Source: a virus
UHGV virus genome: UHGV-0038498
Strand: one strand, 5' to 3'
Length of the DNA stretch: 64,000 bases
Part shown: piece after piece, positions 41,124 through 51,925 of the stretch
Layout of the letters: each line of letters opens with the position of its first letter
Numbering within the stretch: the first letter of the stretch is position 1
The notes under the pieces: generated by a model
The model's input: only the letters and a program-made list of their open reading frames with translations
Database searches by the model: none
Told to the model about the DNA's origin: nothing
Made by a program: the position numbers and the translations under genes

Positions 41124-43220
41124 ATGATGGAACTCATTACAGAATTATTTGACGAAGATACTACTCTTCCGATTACAAACTTAAATCCAAAGAAGAAAAT
41201 ACCGCAAATTTTTTCAGTTCATGTTGATGACGCAATTGAACAACCAGGATTTCGTTTATGTACCTATACATCTGGAGGTGATACTAATCGCGATTTAAAG
41301 ATGGGCGATAAAATGATGCATATTGTTCCTTTTACATTAACTGCTAAAGGTTCAATTGCTAAATTAAAAGGTCTCGGTCCAAGCCCAATTAATTATATCA
41401 ATTCAGTTTTTACTGTTGCGATGCAGACGATGCGTCAGTATAAAATTGATGCATGTATGCTCCGTATTCTTAAGTCTAAAACTGCTGGTCAAGCTCGTCA
41501 AATTCAACTTATTGCTGATAGACTTATCCGTAGTCGCTCAGGTGGCAGATACGTCCTTCTTAAGGAACTCTGGGATTACGATAAAAAGTATGCATATATT
41601 CTTATACATCGCAAAAATGTATCATTAGAAGACATTCCAGGAGTTCCTGAAATTAGTACCGAGCTCTTTACTAAAGTTGAATCGAAGGTCGGTGATGTTT
41701 ATATCAATAAAGATACTGGAGCTCAAGTAACTAAAAATGAGGCAATTGCAGCATCTATTGCGCAAGAAAACGATAAACGTTCTGACCAAGCTGTAATCGT
41801 TAAAGTTAAAATTTCCCGTAGAGCAATTGCACAAAGTCAGTCATTGGAATCTTCTAGATTTGAAAGTGAATTATTCCAGAAGTATGAATCTACTGCAGCT
41901 AATTTCAATAAACCTGCTACCGCTCCTTTAATTCCCGAAGCGGAAGAAATGAAACTTGGAATTAATTCACTAGCTTCTAAAACTAAGGCAGCAAAAATCA
42001 TTGCCGAAGGAACTGCAGATGAACTTCACTATGATTATAAATTCTTTTCAAAAAGTGAGGTTAATGAAGTTTCTGAAAAAATTAAAGATGTAATTCTTAA
42101 TGCGATTAAAAATGAACCAACTACTTCAATAAAATGTTTAGAGAAATACGCAGCAGCTATTAATAAATTCTTTGAAGAATACAAAGATACTTGGCTTGAT
42201 AAACATAATAAAACCCGTAAAGGACAGCCAGATGAAGTTTGGGAAGAAATAACTAAAAATTCCTGGAACGCAGCAAAAACTAAATTCCTCAAACGAATGA
42301 TTTATAGCTTTTCTGGAATTGGTGCAGGTCCAATGATTGATATTACTATTGCCCGTGATGGTTCGAAATATACTCCATCACAAAAGCGCGGCATTAGAGA
42401 GTATTGTGGTTCAGGATATACTGACATCAATAATCTTCTTTTAGGACGCTACAATCCAGAACGATATGATGTAATGAGTGAAAAAGAAATTGAATCTGCT
42501 ATAAATAACTTAGATTCAGCTTTTGAAAATGGTGACCGTATACCGGAAGGCATTACAGTTTATCGTGCTCAAAGTATGACTGCTCCTATATACGAAGCAT
42601 TAGTTAAAAATAAAGTGTTCTATTTCAGAAATTTTGTATCTACTTCTTTAACTCCTATCATTTTTGGACGTTTTGGAATTACACATGCTGGTATTGGTCT
42701 TTTAGAACCAGAAGCTCGTAATGAATTAACAGTTGATAAAAATGAAGAAGGAATAACTATTAATCCAAACGAAATAAGAGCGTATAAAGAAAATCCTGAA
42801 TACGTTAAAGTTCAAATAGGATGGGCAATTGATGGAGCTCATAAAGTTAATGTTGTATATCCAGGAAGTCTCGGAATAGCAACCGAAGCTGAAGTTATTC
42901 TACCACGCGGATTGATGGTCAAAGTTAATAAAATAACTGATGCTTCTAATAATGACGGAACAACATCTAATAATACAAAACTCATTCAAGCTGAAGTTAT
43001 GACTACGGAAGAACTCACCGAATCAGTAATTTATGACGGTGACCGTCTAATGGAAACCGGCGAAGTAGTTGCAATGACAGGTGATATTGAAATAGAAGAC
43101 AGAGTTGACTTTGCATCATTTGTTTCATCAAATGTTAAACAAAAAGTAGAATCATCTCTTGGAATTATTGCGTCTTGCATAGATATTACAAACATGCCTT
43201 ACAAGTTCGTTCAAGGATAA
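41124..43220 (+). CDS. alt: ADP-ribosyltransferase Alt (head-packaged)
   Basis: 698-aa ORF; N-terminus MELITELFD..., PGFRLCTYTSGGDTN, R-S-E candidates TVYRAQ / FVSTSL / EAEVILPRG; late promoter upstream. Confidence 0.85.
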   Translation: MMELITELFDEDTTLPITNLNPKKKIPQIFSVHVDDAIEQPGFRLCTYTSGGDTNRDLKMGDKMMHIVPFTLTAKGSIAKLKGLGPSPINYINSVFTVAMQTMRQYKIDACMLRILKSKTAGQARQIQLIADRLIRSRSGGRYVLLKELWDYDKKYAYILIHRKNVSLEDIPGVPEISTELFTKVESKVGDVYINKDTGAQVTKNEAIAASIAQENDKRSDQAVIVKVKISRRAIAQSQSLESSRFESELFQKYESTAANFNKPATAPLIPEAEEMKLGINSLASKTKAAKIIAEGTADELHYDYKFFSKSEVNEVSEKIKDVILNAIKNEPTTSIKCLEKYAAAINKFFEEYKDTWLDKHNKTRKGQPDEVWEEITKNSWNAAKTKFLKRMIYSFSGIGAGPMIDITIARDGSKYTPSQKRGIREYCGSGYTDINNLLLGRYNPERYDVMSEKEIESAINNLDSAFENGDRIPEGITVYRAQSMTAPIYEALVKNKVFYFRNFVSTSLTPIIFGRFGITHAGIGLLEPEARNELTVDKNEEGITINPNEIRAYKENPEYVKVQIGWAIDGAHKVNVVYPGSLGIATEAEVILPRGLMVKVNKITDASNNDGTTSNNTKLIQAEVMTTEELTESVIYDGDRLMETGEVVAMTGDIEIEDRVDFASFVSSNVKQKVESSLGIIASCIDITNMPYKFVQG

Positions 43221-43223
43221 ATC

Positions 43224-45281
43224 ATGGAACTTATTACAGAATTATTTGACGGCGCTTCGGCGCCGGTTGTTAACTTAAATCCTAAGCATAAAATACCTCA
43301 AATTTTTGCTATTCAAGCCGGCGAAGAAAGTGTGCTTCCTGGATTTAGATTTTGTACATACACCTCTGGCGGTGATACAAATAAAAACGTTAAGCCAGGC
43401 GATAAAATGATGCATATCGTAATGATAGGTGTTAATGAGAAACTATCATTAGTTAAACTTAAAAACTTGGGTGGAAATCCAATTGGTGTCATTAATGCCG
43501 TTTTTGATACTGCTCTTCAAACAATGAAACAGTATAAAATTGACGCATGCTTATTCCGCGTACTAAAAAGTAAAACAAATGGCGCAGCTCGTCAAATGCA
43601 AGTTATTGCTGACCGTTTAGTACGTACTAAAGGAGCAGGTCGATATGTTCTTTTAAAGGAAATCTGGGATTATGATAAAAAGTATGCATATATTATGGTT
43701 TACCGTAAAAATGCCAATTTAGAAGACATTCCAGGTGTACCTCCTATTTCAACTGAGTTATTCACAAAAGTTGAATCAAAGGTTGGTGATGTGTATGTAG
43801 ATGTTAAAACAGGTAATGCTGTTCCTAAAGCTGTTGCTGTTGCTGCTTCTATTGCCTTAGAAAATGATAAGCGCACGGATCAAGCTGTTATTCAGAAAAC
43901 TAAAATTAGTCGTCGATTAGCAGCGCAAGCTCAATATTCTACTGTCGATGCTTCACTACAGAGTGATAGCTTCGCTGCCAAGAAATATCAAGAGTTTGAA
44001 TCTAAAGTTCCGGTACATAAAGCAGAAGGACCAATGAACTCTGGCGTTATTCAGATTGGTTCAAACTTCGGCAAAGGAGCTATCGGTGGTATGAGAAGTG
44101 CTTCTCGTTTTAAATCTAACGATTATGAACTAGAAAGCTTCCGAAATCATATTGCATTGGCCCATGCACGTTTACGTGATCCATCTATCAAGCTGCAGAG
44201 CGATATAACATATCAAGGTTCTCAAGAATATTTAAAGAATAAAGAATTTTTTGATTATAAAACCGATAAAATTTTGAGCGATCTCGCTGACATTAATATT
44301 TCTAATAGCTTTGATGTTATTAAGAAAATTATCAATGATTTAGTTAAAGGTTCTAAAGCTACGCCAGACGAAAAGGTAGCTATTATTCAATTTGTCATGA
44401 ATGGCATTTATAAATTGATTAATGAATCTGCTGCCCAGGCGTATGAATACGCAAGCACCGAAGTAACTCCAAAAGGACTGACTCAGGCTGAGTCTGATGT
44501 AATTGAAGATTATTGTGCAGATTCATATGTTGAAATGAACTCGTTCCTCTTGGGTAAACCAGATTCTACCCGTGAAGAATACATGGAACGAGCTATTAAA
44601 CACATCGAGACAATGGATTCTGCCTTTGCCAAAGGTTCAGTTCTTCCTCCAGGAACTACGCTTTATCGTGGACAAGAAGTTACTTTTAAAACTTTACGCC
44701 ATAATATTGAAAATAAAATGTTCTATTTCAAGAACTTCGTATCAACATCGCTTAAACCAAATATCTTCGGTGAGCATGGTAAAAACTATATGGCTCTAGA
44801 TGATTCCGGCGCAGTATTTTCTGGTGAAGGAGAAGGTTCTGTTGATGCTGAAGATTTAATGCATATGGGTAGTCATTCTGCTTATGCGAATGAAGATGCT
44901 GAAACTAGCGTAGGTATGGTAATTAAAGGGGCTGAGCGAATCAAAGTTATCGTTCCAGGTCATTTATCAGGATTTCCATCAGAAGCTGAAGTTATTCTAC
45001 CGCGTGGAATTTTGTTGAAGATTAATAAAGTAAGCACGTACATGATGAAAGAAACTGCTTATAACAAGTATCTAATCGAAGGCACAATCGTTCCTCCTTC
45101 TGAACAATTAGAAGAATCGGTATATGATGGCGATCATCTAATGGAAACTGGTGAAGTTCGTCCAATGGCTGGGTTTAATCAATTCCTTGTAGAAGAATCA
45201 AAAGAAGAGGAAAACGAAGTTTCTCAAATCTTGGCTTCTTTGGTTAACATCAACGGAATGTCTAAAAAGTTCAAGATGTAG
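43224..45281 (+). CDS. second Alt-family ADP-ribosyltransferase paralogue
   Basis: 685-aa ORF 3 nt downstream of alt; N-terminal ~230 aa collinear with alt, catalytic motifs TLYRGQ / FVSTSL / EAEVILPRG retained, central region divergent. Confidence 0.8.
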   Translation: MELITELFDGASAPVVNLNPKHKIPQIFAIQAGEESVLPGFRFCTYTSGGDTNKNVKPGDKMMHIVMIGVNEKLSLVKLKNLGGNPIGVINAVFDTALQTMKQYKIDACLFRVLKSKTNGAARQMQVIADRLVRTKGAGRYVLLKEIWDYDKKYAYIMVYRKNANLEDIPGVPPISTELFTKVESKVGDVYVDVKTGNAVPKAVAVAASIALENDKRTDQAVIQKTKISRRLAAQAQYSTVDASLQSDSFAAKKYQEFESKVPVHKAEGPMNSGVIQIGSNFGKGAIGGMRSASRFKSNDYELESFRNHIALAHARLRDPSIKLQSDITYQGSQEYLKNKEFFDYKTDKILSDLADINISNSFDVIKKIINDLVKGSKATPDEKVAIIQFVMNGIYKLINESAAQAYEYASTEVTPKGLTQAESDVIEDYCADSYVEMNSFLLGKPDSTREEYMERAIKHIETMDSAFAKGSVLPPGTTLYRGQEVTFKTLRHNIENKMFYFKNFVSTSLKPNIFGEHGKNYMALDDSGAVFSGEGEGSVDAEDLMHMGSHSAYANEDAETSVGMVIKGAERIKVIVPGHLSGFPSEAEVILPRGILLKINKVSTYMMKETAYNKYLIEGTIVPPSEQLEESVYDGDHLMETGEVRPMAGFNQFLVEESKEEENEVSQILASLVNINGMSKKFKM

Positions 45282-45310
45282 TTTACAAGTCCCTCGTGTT
45301 GTGTTATAGT
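45281..45310 (+). promoter_or_regulatory. early promoter in a promoter/stem-loop cassette (second copy)
   Basis: GTTTAC at 45281-45286 (G shared with the upstream TAG); 54-bp near-identical copy of 29719-29772. Confidence 0.5.
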
Positions 45311-45334
45311 AGTTTTACTGACATAACATGAGGA
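45281..45334 (+). repeat. promoter/stem-loop cassette, copy 2
   Basis: 54 bp GTTTACAAGTCCCTCGTGTTGTGTTATAGTAGTTTTACTGACATAACATGAGGA. Confidence 0.75.
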
Positions 45335-45341
45335 ACACAAA

Positions 45342-45632
45342 ATGAAATCTTCTTTACGCTTTTTAGGTCAAGAACTTGTAGTTGAAGGCGTTATTCCTGC
45401 TGATAACGCTTTTAATGAAGCAGTTTATGATGAATTTATCAAAATTTTTGGAACAGATAAAAAGTTCGGAATTTTTCCTTCTGAAAATTTTTCAAAGCCA
45501 GAGCAGACTGAAAGCATTTTCCAAGGTGTAGTAACAGGTAAATTTGAGTCAGAAGCTCCGGTAAAAATTGAAGTTTACATTGAAGACAGTTTAGTTGCTT
45601 CAGTTGCTGCTTTTATTTCATTCCGTAAATAA
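45342..45632 (+). CDS. hypothetical protein
   Basis: 96-aa ORF between the promoter cassette and a bidirectional terminator. Confidence 0.5.
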   Translation: MKSSLRFLGQELVVEGVIPADNAFNEAVYDEFIKIFGTDKKFGIFPSENFSKPEQTESIFQGVVTGKFESEAPVKIEVYIEDSLVASVAAFISFRK

Positions 45633-45636
45633 AAAT

Positions 45637-45658
45637 ATGGGGACCTTTCGGTCCCCAT
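45637..45658. terminator. bidirectional terminator hairpin between convergent genes
   Basis: Palindrome ATGGGGACC-tttc-GGTCCCCAT between the + strand ORF end (45632) and gene 54 end (45661). Confidence 0.65.
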
Positions 45659-45660
45659 TG

Positions 45661-46626
45661 TTATATTGCTCCTAATATCTTACTTTGCGAGTTGACAATT
45701 CCCGTCATAGTATTAATGTTGGAAATGCTTCCAGCAGTTCCCCCTAATCTACTAAGTCGTGAAAGCGAATTAGATAATCCAGTAACACCTCCACTATTTC
45801 CGAGAACGCTTTGAATGCCATTTATAGCAGCAGATTCAAGCCACTCAAGCGCAGCTTGTCTATCAACCGACCCAGCCTGCATGACTCTATACGCAAAAGT
45901 AACATCAAATGTAGTTATTTGGTTATCTCCATCATATGATAACTCAGGAGCGCTCACTGACACTGGAATGCATCCGGTGAACATCACCGCAGTATGAGGT
46001 AATCCATTACGAGCATGAAGATTAACCTGAATATCTGCCTCGACATCTTGTGGCAAAGCACGCAGTCCAGTTACTGGGTCTTGAACAGCGTTAACCCAGT
46101 CTTGCATCGCACGATAGTTACAAGCTTCTGAATCCATTCTAAATGAAATAACCAAAGGGTCTAATTCTCTCCCAGTTATACGAATATTAGGAGAATTATA
46201 GTTCCAGTCAGTTTCATAGGATAATCTATTCTCTGGCATTTTTACAGAATATATCATCAATCCAGATGAGTTATATGCCATGTTAAAGAAGTCAATTAAA
46301 TATGTACCAACTGTAAATGAGCCCAATAAACTTTGAACTGTACGTTGACTCATGGCACCAATAAGATATTTACTAACCCCTGATTTTCTTATCAGTTTTT
46401 GTGTGCCAGCGGTAATTAGCGTGGTAATTCCCTGATTAATATCGCCTTGAGTCAATCCTAACCAATCTGAATTTAGACCCAAGTTATTATAAGAAAAGTT
46501 GCTAATTGAACTTATCAACGAAGAGCTTTTAGTTGATGGAGTTGTCGCAAAAACGCAGCTAAACATATTATTACGTTGGAAATCTGCGTTTATTGCTTGA
46601 TTATTAAATTCCTCTAAAGAATACAT
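45661..46626 (-). CDS. 54: baseplate tail-tube initiator gp54
   Basis: 321-aa ORF; conserved order 51-27-28-29-48-54 and length. Confidence 0.85.
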   Translation of the reverse strand: MYSLEEFNNQAINADFQRNNMFSCVFATTPSTKSSSLISSISNFSYNNLGLNSDWLGLTQGDINQGITTLITAGTQKLIRKSGVSKYLIGAMSQRTVQSLLGSFTVGTYLIDFFNMAYNSSGLMIYSVKMPENRLSYETDWNYNSPNIRITGRELDPLVISFRMDSEACNYRAMQDWVNAVQDPVTGLRALPQDVEADIQVNLHARNGLPHTAVMFTGCIPVSVSAPELSYDGDNQITTFDVTFAYRVMQAGSVDRQAALEWLESAAINGIQSVLGNSGGVTGLSNSLSRLSRLGGTAGSISNINTMTGIVNSQSKILGAI

Positions 46627-47720
46627 TAAAAAGTCCCCGCATATAAAGAAGCACGGTTTAACGTGATAATTTCTCTCATAGTAATCTCAAGAGTAAATGT
46701 ACTAGGGAGGTTTGGAGCAATAGCTAATCCATTAAAGTTACCATTAGGTGTTTTATCAAATCTGATGCTCTGTATTTGGCATGGACCAAATATTTCCGTT
46801 TTTCCATCAAACTTAGACGTTGCACCAAAGTTTTTCACCATCCAAATTGTCGGGTTTGAAACTACTAGAACGTTAGTTAAACTCGATGTCATTTTCTCAA
46901 ATAGTGTTTTATTTTTAGCTGCATCTTCCGGAGATAAAGGTTCAATTAACGTAGAACGATACCAATCATCTAAATACCCCTTTATTTCAGCAGCATATTG
47001 AGATTTACCCGTTTCACCATAAGAAAAATAGTTAAAATATTGATAGATATTAATAATAGCCATTAAATCTTCTGTGGAACGTGGAGTCAAATCCCATGTA
47101 AACACTTTAGTTCTATTCTCAGCACCGCCATACATACTTCTGGCTGTCGTATAAATCTGTTCATTATTATCAGCCATTATACCCTGTGTTATACTTTCCA
47201 GTGCCCCAAATACTGCAGTTGAAGCAATATTACTTAACACACCAGTAGCAGTACCTCCGCCTCTGCTGATAAGACTTTCTTGAACATCATTAAATCTGTG
47301 TGATGATGTATCAACATCAGATTTAGATCTCGGTAAAAGAATGTTTGCGACAGGAGCTTTACTTATTGTTCCTGAATTGTTATTTGATATTAATCCATTT
47401 GATAGTTTTGATACTGTACTACTAATAGTGTTTCTAGCTGTACTTAAAATACTCGAAGATGAAGAAGAGTAGTTAGATCTCATCGATCTAAGACTTCCAG
47501 AATCCCTAGATGACATATTGTATGCAGTAAATAATAATCCATTCTTATATAGATCTGTTACCTGGAAGTCCCCTGTAGTGTCATTACCACTAGCACGCCC
47601 AGTTGGAAACTGGGCAGTGTATGTTTTAGTTGCTACTTCTGATTTAGTACTCTGTCCGGCTGAAATTTTCTCACCGGACTTTTTAATTAAATCAGCAGTT
47701 ATTTCTTTAACAATTGCCAT
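46626..47720 (-). CDS. 48: baseplate tail-tube cap gp48
   Basis: 364-aa ORF (same length as T4 gp48); conserved position. Confidence 0.85.
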   Translation of the reverse strand: MAIVKEITADLIKKSGEKISAGQSTKSEVATKTYTAQFPTGRASGNDTTGDFQVTDLYKNGLLFTAYNMSSRDSGSLRSMRSNYSSSSSSILSTARNTISSTVSKLSNGLISNNNSGTISKAPVANILLPRSKSDVDTSSHRFNDVQESLISRGGGTATGVLSNIASTAVFGALESITQGIMADNNEQIYTTARSMYGGAENRTKVFTWDLTPRSTEDLMAIINIYQYFNYFSYGETGKSQYAAEIKGYLDDWYRSTLIEPLSPEDAAKNKTLFEKMTSSLTNVLVVSNPTIWMVKNFGATSKFDGKTEIFGPCQIQSIRFDKTPNGNFNGLAIAPNLPSTFTLEITMREIITLNRASLYAGTF

Positions 47721-47728
47721 ATTATTCC

Positions 47729-49501
47729 TTAATTAACTCCAGTCGCATCAAATACACCAGGAGCAGTCGTGCTCGTTACGGGTGTCATATTATGAACGAC
47801 AGTATTTTTCTTAATAACATTATTAGTATTATTGATCGAAGGAGATGCTTGTTGAACAGGAGCTTGCTGTGCTTTGTTCTTTTCTATTACCTGGACTTGT
47901 TTTGCTTCTGGCGATTTAGCAGAAGTTTCAGGTTTGGCATTAGGCTGATTTTTCTTGAGCTCTTGATAAGTAGCATCAATTTTAGAAAATCTAGCAGCAA
48001 GTTCTTTTTTAACTGCCGGTGAATTATTTAAATCCGGGTCATCCATTCGTTTTTTAAGGTCTTCATAGGCAGCTTCAACTGATTTAACCGTTGAGTCTTT
48101 ACTCATATCAGCTGAATCAGCATATTTTTCAAAACGAATCATCGCGGCACGTGCTTCATTAGCCTTCATTAAAGCATTTTTTCTTTCTTCAGGTGAAAGT
48201 TGCTTTAATTTTTCTTCTTCTGCTGCGCGTTCTTCATCGGTTGTCAATGCTTCTTTATTATCAACACCACGAATCCAATTAGATGCACGGGTTTTCCAAT
48301 TAGCAATTTTATCTAATCCTTTTGCTATCGGACCAAGGTCTCCGTTCATTCGTTTATCTTGATAATTTGCAACTTTTTCTTGATCTTCTTTATTGAGAGA
48401 TGCTCCAGTAGAATTTTGGAAATTTTCTAGTGCTCTTCCTTCTACTTCATCAGCAGTATCCTTCATGCCAGGAATGACTCGAAGAATTGCGGCAGATAAT
48501 TTAGCCATTCCAAGCTGAATAAGTTCTCCTAAATTATAAAGAACCTTTCCAAGCCCTTCTACAATAGCTACCGTCAAACCGCCCCAATCTCCCGCTTCCC
48601 AGAATTTTTTAATTTCATCAATAGAACTAAAGATGCTCTGTAATAAAGGACCCCATGTTCCGGTTTCGCTAGAGAATTTAGTAAAGTCTGTACTAAACAA
48701 ATCCCAAGCCTGCGAAAATTTATCTGACCAATATTTGAAATGAACCATCAGCAGATCTATTCCAACAACAACAGCCAATATCATTGCAGTCATTTTAGCA
48801 GCTTCAATAGCAGCACTGACGGTATACTTAAATAGCATGCTTGATATTTTATCAGTAATTGAAATAGATTTCTTAAATCCGAAATCAACAGTCTTTGTTA
48901 ATTTATCTAAAGCTTGAGATAATTTTAAGTTAAATGCGTCTTTTTTCTGTTTTTCTTCTGGCGATTCTTGTTTAGGTTCAACTGGCTGAGGGGTAGGGAA
49001 AAAATCAGCATCAGGATCATTATTAACTGCTTCAGGAGCTGGTAATAAAGGACCCACGGATTCAGCTGTATCGTCCTCAACAACTTTAACAGGAATAGCG
49101 CTTTCAACCGTAGCTAAACTAGTTCCTGTTTGTTGAATTCCGGCTGTCTGGATTTTTTGCTCGAGTAAACTCGTTAATTTATCTAATTTACTTCCGAGCG
49201 ATTCACCGATTTCTTTATTAATATTATTGCCAATTTCGACAGTTTCAGCAATTAACTCAGAACCAGCAGTAGTATCACTCACTGCGCTTTCTACATTGTC
49301 AATTGCTCCAATTATTTCATTCGATTTTTCTTCGACAGTTTGAGCAATTAATTCAGAAGCAGCTTGAGCATCATCCAATTTCGTAGATATATCGTTAAGT
49401 CCAGATAAAGTGTTGGAAGCGGATTTAGCCGCTTCCTGTGTTGGTTTATTATCTGAAATAACTTTTCTACGCATCGTTTGCATTTCTTGTGGCTTTTTCA
49501 T
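47729..49501 (-). CDS. 29: baseplate hub / tail-length determinant gp29
   Basis: 590-aa ORF (same length as T4 gp29); coiled-coil-rich. Confidence 0.85.
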   Translation of the reverse strand: MKKPQEMQTMRRKVISDNKPTQEAAKSASNTLSGLNDISTKLDDAQAASELIAQTVEEKSNEIIGAIDNVESAVSDTTAGSELIAETVEIGNNINKEIGESLGSKLDKLTSLLEQKIQTAGIQQTGTSLATVESAIPVKVVEDDTAESVGPLLPAPEAVNNDPDADFFPTPQPVEPKQESPEEKQKKDAFNLKLSQALDKLTKTVDFGFKKSISITDKISSMLFKYTVSAAIEAAKMTAMILAVVVGIDLLMVHFKYWSDKFSQAWDLFSTDFTKFSSETGTWGPLLQSIFSSIDEIKKFWEAGDWGGLTVAIVEGLGKVLYNLGELIQLGMAKLSAAILRVIPGMKDTADEVEGRALENFQNSTGASLNKEDQEKVANYQDKRMNGDLGPIAKGLDKIANWKTRASNWIRGVDNKEALTTDEERAAEEEKLKQLSPEERKNALMKANEARAAMIRFEKYADSADMSKDSTVKSVEAAYEDLKKRMDDPDLNNSPAVKKELAARFSKIDATYQELKKNQPNAKPETSAKSPEAKQVQVIEKNKAQQAPVQQASPSINNTNNVIKKNTVVHNMTPVTSTTAPGVFDATGVN

Positions 49502-50031
49502 TCAAATAATCCAATAATATTGCCAATTCCGGTTATTGGACCATTAGGGCCAGGAATTGCTAAAGTTGTAAAAATATCATTTGCCCATTTTAAAACGAAT
49601 GCTGGCATCTCAAGAAAATTAATTTCTTTAACTTCATCATTGACCTTAAGCAAGCATTTGGATAACATATCGCTCACCGTTAAAAATTGTTCAAATTTTC
49701 CAGGAGGTCTAAAATAAAATGTATTTCCTTGGTATTGAAATTCTAATCTTTGGCATACATAAACATCATTAATGTCATAAGTATAACCATCTATTTCTTT
49801 ACGAGATTTAATCTTTCCATTAAATTCCAATAAATGAATGGAAACGAAATCAACTTCTGCTGGTGATAAATTCGGGCAAATAGAATCAATAAGAAGTTTT
49901 AAATTTTCATCAGGACCTTTAACATCTTTTAAAATGTTATAATGTTTAAGACCCATTTTAGGAATAGAAACTTCTTTATTGCTTATTGGAAGAACTACTT
50001 TCTTCAGTGGTAGTATCAGATTTAAATTCAT
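49498..50031 (-). CDS. 28: baseplate hub distal subunit gp28
   Basis: 177-aa ORF; ATGA coupling to gp29. Confidence 0.8.
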   Translation of the reverse strand: MNLNLILPLKKVVLPISNKEVSIPKMGLKHYNILKDVKGPDENLKLLIDSICPNLSPAEVDFVSIHLLEFNGKIKSRKEIDGYTYDINDVYVCQRLEFQYQGNTFYFRPPGKFEQFLTVSDMLSKCLLKVNDEVKEINFLEMPAFVLKWANDIFTTLAIPGPNGPITGIGNIIGLFE

Positions 50032-51151
50032 TTTTAACCTTAACTGGGTCTATTGTTTCCAGTTTCGTTGCATTAGTGAACATATATAGATGAGTTACTG
50101 AATTATTATTGGATAATTCATGGATAACTTCATCAACGTAAAATTCTGTTTTAAATTGGTTTTTACTATCATTAAAAATAATTTTAACGCCAGGAGTCAA
50201 GTTAAAATTACCGACAGTAGAACATTTAGCATAGCCATCGTATTGTGCCATAGTTTGAAGACGAATAGCTTCTTCATATCCATTCCTATAAGTCATTTCA
50301 GAATAAGCACCTGACCTTGATACTACAATAGAGTTTTCTCCCTTTCCTGTAGTAATCATTGGCAATGAAGAGTCTAAAAATGAATGCGCATAGATAGTAG
50401 CGTTTTTCATTGGGTCACGTTTGTGAGGATTTGATTTAGTCAACCAAACGAAATCATACGCTAATGGATATTTTAATTCTTGGATGAATTGACCTATTAA
50501 AGATGGCTCACCGACAATCATTGGATATGGTTCTTGATTTATCATCATATCATAGTCCATCATGTTAACTCCCATGATGTCTTGCCACACAAATACAAAT
50601 TTGTCACTTCCTACAGCTAGAGCAACTTCTCTGACATATGACAAATAATTTTCAAATGTGCTGGTCCATGGAATATCAGGAACATAAGCATTTATTGCAT
50701 TTATTGCTGGAGTTAATAACGTGCGATCCTGATAAATGACACCAAGCATTTCCTTTATAGATTCACCTGCATCAGAGAAAAACGGTCTGCCAAATTTAAG
50801 ATTTTCTATAGAATGAATAGTTCCCAATTCAATAGCAATGATGTTATCACCCTTTGAATCTACTGACACTGAAAAATGCTTACATCCATAAATTCGTGTT
50901 TTAACATTATTAATATCGTTTGCATTAGCTACAGAAATCTGAATTATTTCATTTCCATCCATTTTTGTATGGATATTTTTAGAATCATAAAACTGCAGCA
51001 TTCCTTCATTTCGGCCATAAAGAGAATCCCGCATAGTTAATGTGGTAATAGTAGCAGCTAATTCAACAAATCTATTATTACTCCAAGCGTCGTAGCTATC
51101 AAATAATTTAACGCTGAGATTTGGATATCCTGGGCGTTGCAACATACTCAT
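49976..51151 (-). CDS. 27: baseplate hub subunit gp27
   Basis: 391-aa ORF (same length as T4 gp27). Confidence 0.85.
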   Translation of the reverse strand: MSMLQRPGYPNLSVKLFDSYDAWSNNRFVELAATITTLTMRDSLYGRNEGMLQFYDSKNIHTKMDGNEIIQISVANANDINNVKTRIYGCKHFSVSVDSKGDNIIAIELGTIHSIENLKFGRPFFSDAGESIKEMLGVIYQDRTLLTPAINAINAYVPDIPWTSTFENYLSYVREVALAVGSDKFVFVWQDIMGVNMMDYDMMINQEPYPMIVGEPSLIGQFIQELKYPLAYDFVWLTKSNPHKRDPMKNATIYAHSFLDSSLPMITTGKGENSIVVSRSGAYSEMTYRNGYEEAIRLQTMAQYDGYAKCSTVGNFNLTPGVKIIFNDSKNQFKTEFYVDEVIHELSNNNSVTHLYMFTNATKLETIDPVKVKNEFKSDTTTEESSSSNKQ

Positions 51152-51900
51152 TATTGTTTATCCTTCTCAATCAGTTTTAATACGAATCCGCGCTCAGCAG
51201 GAATCATTTTCATTATTGAATTTAAGCTATAATTACTTTTTACAAGTGTGTGATTAATTTGATAAAAAGTAAATATTTCATCTGGGTTAACTAATAGCTT
51301 AAACACATCTACTATATCAGTGTATTTTTTTACATACTTATTACAACATGACATATGCAATGTTAAATTAATAGGATTCATTGCATCGAGAATTTTTTCT
51401 AATGTTTCTATCTCGATGGCATCAACAAGTTCTATTTGACTTGATTCACTAATTTCCTTCCAATCATACCATATTTCATCTACTTGAACAGAATGAATAT
51501 TTTCAGTAATCATCTTTGCTTTATTTTCATAAAACTCAGAAGGAAACTTTAATTTAATTTTAACATTAGCTACATCAAAAACAGGCTCCTTTAATTCTTT
51601 TTGATATATTTCAAATGGAACTGTCTTTTCTTTTTTACATTTTGGACATACAAATGTGACCGGTACTTTAGTTTTACCTATTGACCCTACAAATACCTGC
51701 AAAAATATAAATGGTTGCCAAGTCTTCGGATAGTCTCCAAAATAATCGGCAATTAAATCAGCAATTATTTCTTTTTGTTCTTGTGGTGACCGATGTTCTA
51801 TATCGTTTCGAACTAACAAAAAATCTCGATAATCTTCTACCGTAAATGGTTTAAAACGATGAACACCATCTGGTAATTTACAACGAATAATGTTTGCCAT
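51151..51900 (-). CDS. 51: baseplate hub assembly catalyst gp51
   Basis: 249-aa ORF (same length as T4 gp51); first gene of the - strand hub operon. Confidence 0.85.
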   Translation of the reverse strand: MANIIRCKLPDGVHRFKPFTVEDYRDFLLVRNDIEHRSPQEQKEIIADLIADYFGDYPKTWQPFIFLQVFVGSIGKTKVPVTFVCPKCKKEKTVPFEIYQKELKEPVFDVANVKIKLKFPSEFYENKAKMITENIHSVQVDEIWYDWKEISESSQIELVDAIEIETLEKILDAMNPINLTLHMSCCNKYVKKYTDIVDVFKLLVNPDEIFTFYQINHTLVKSNYSLNSIMKMIPAERGFVLKLIEKDKQ

Positions 51901-51917
51901 AGATGCTCCTTTTATTC

Positions 51918-51925
51918 TATTTATA
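51918..51925 (-). promoter_or_regulatory. late promoter (TATAAATA) for the 51-27-28-29-48-54 operon
   Basis: Exact TATAAATA on the - strand 18-25 nt upstream of the gene 51 ATG. Confidence 0.6.

Noticed and set aside
47714-48022. ORF 47714-48022 (+) and similar frames (48925-49107 -, 49478-49717 +, 50120-50314 +) in the baseplate hub region
   Set aside because: All lie antisense to or out of frame with conserved hub genes 29, 28 and 27, with no RBS and low-complexity translations.
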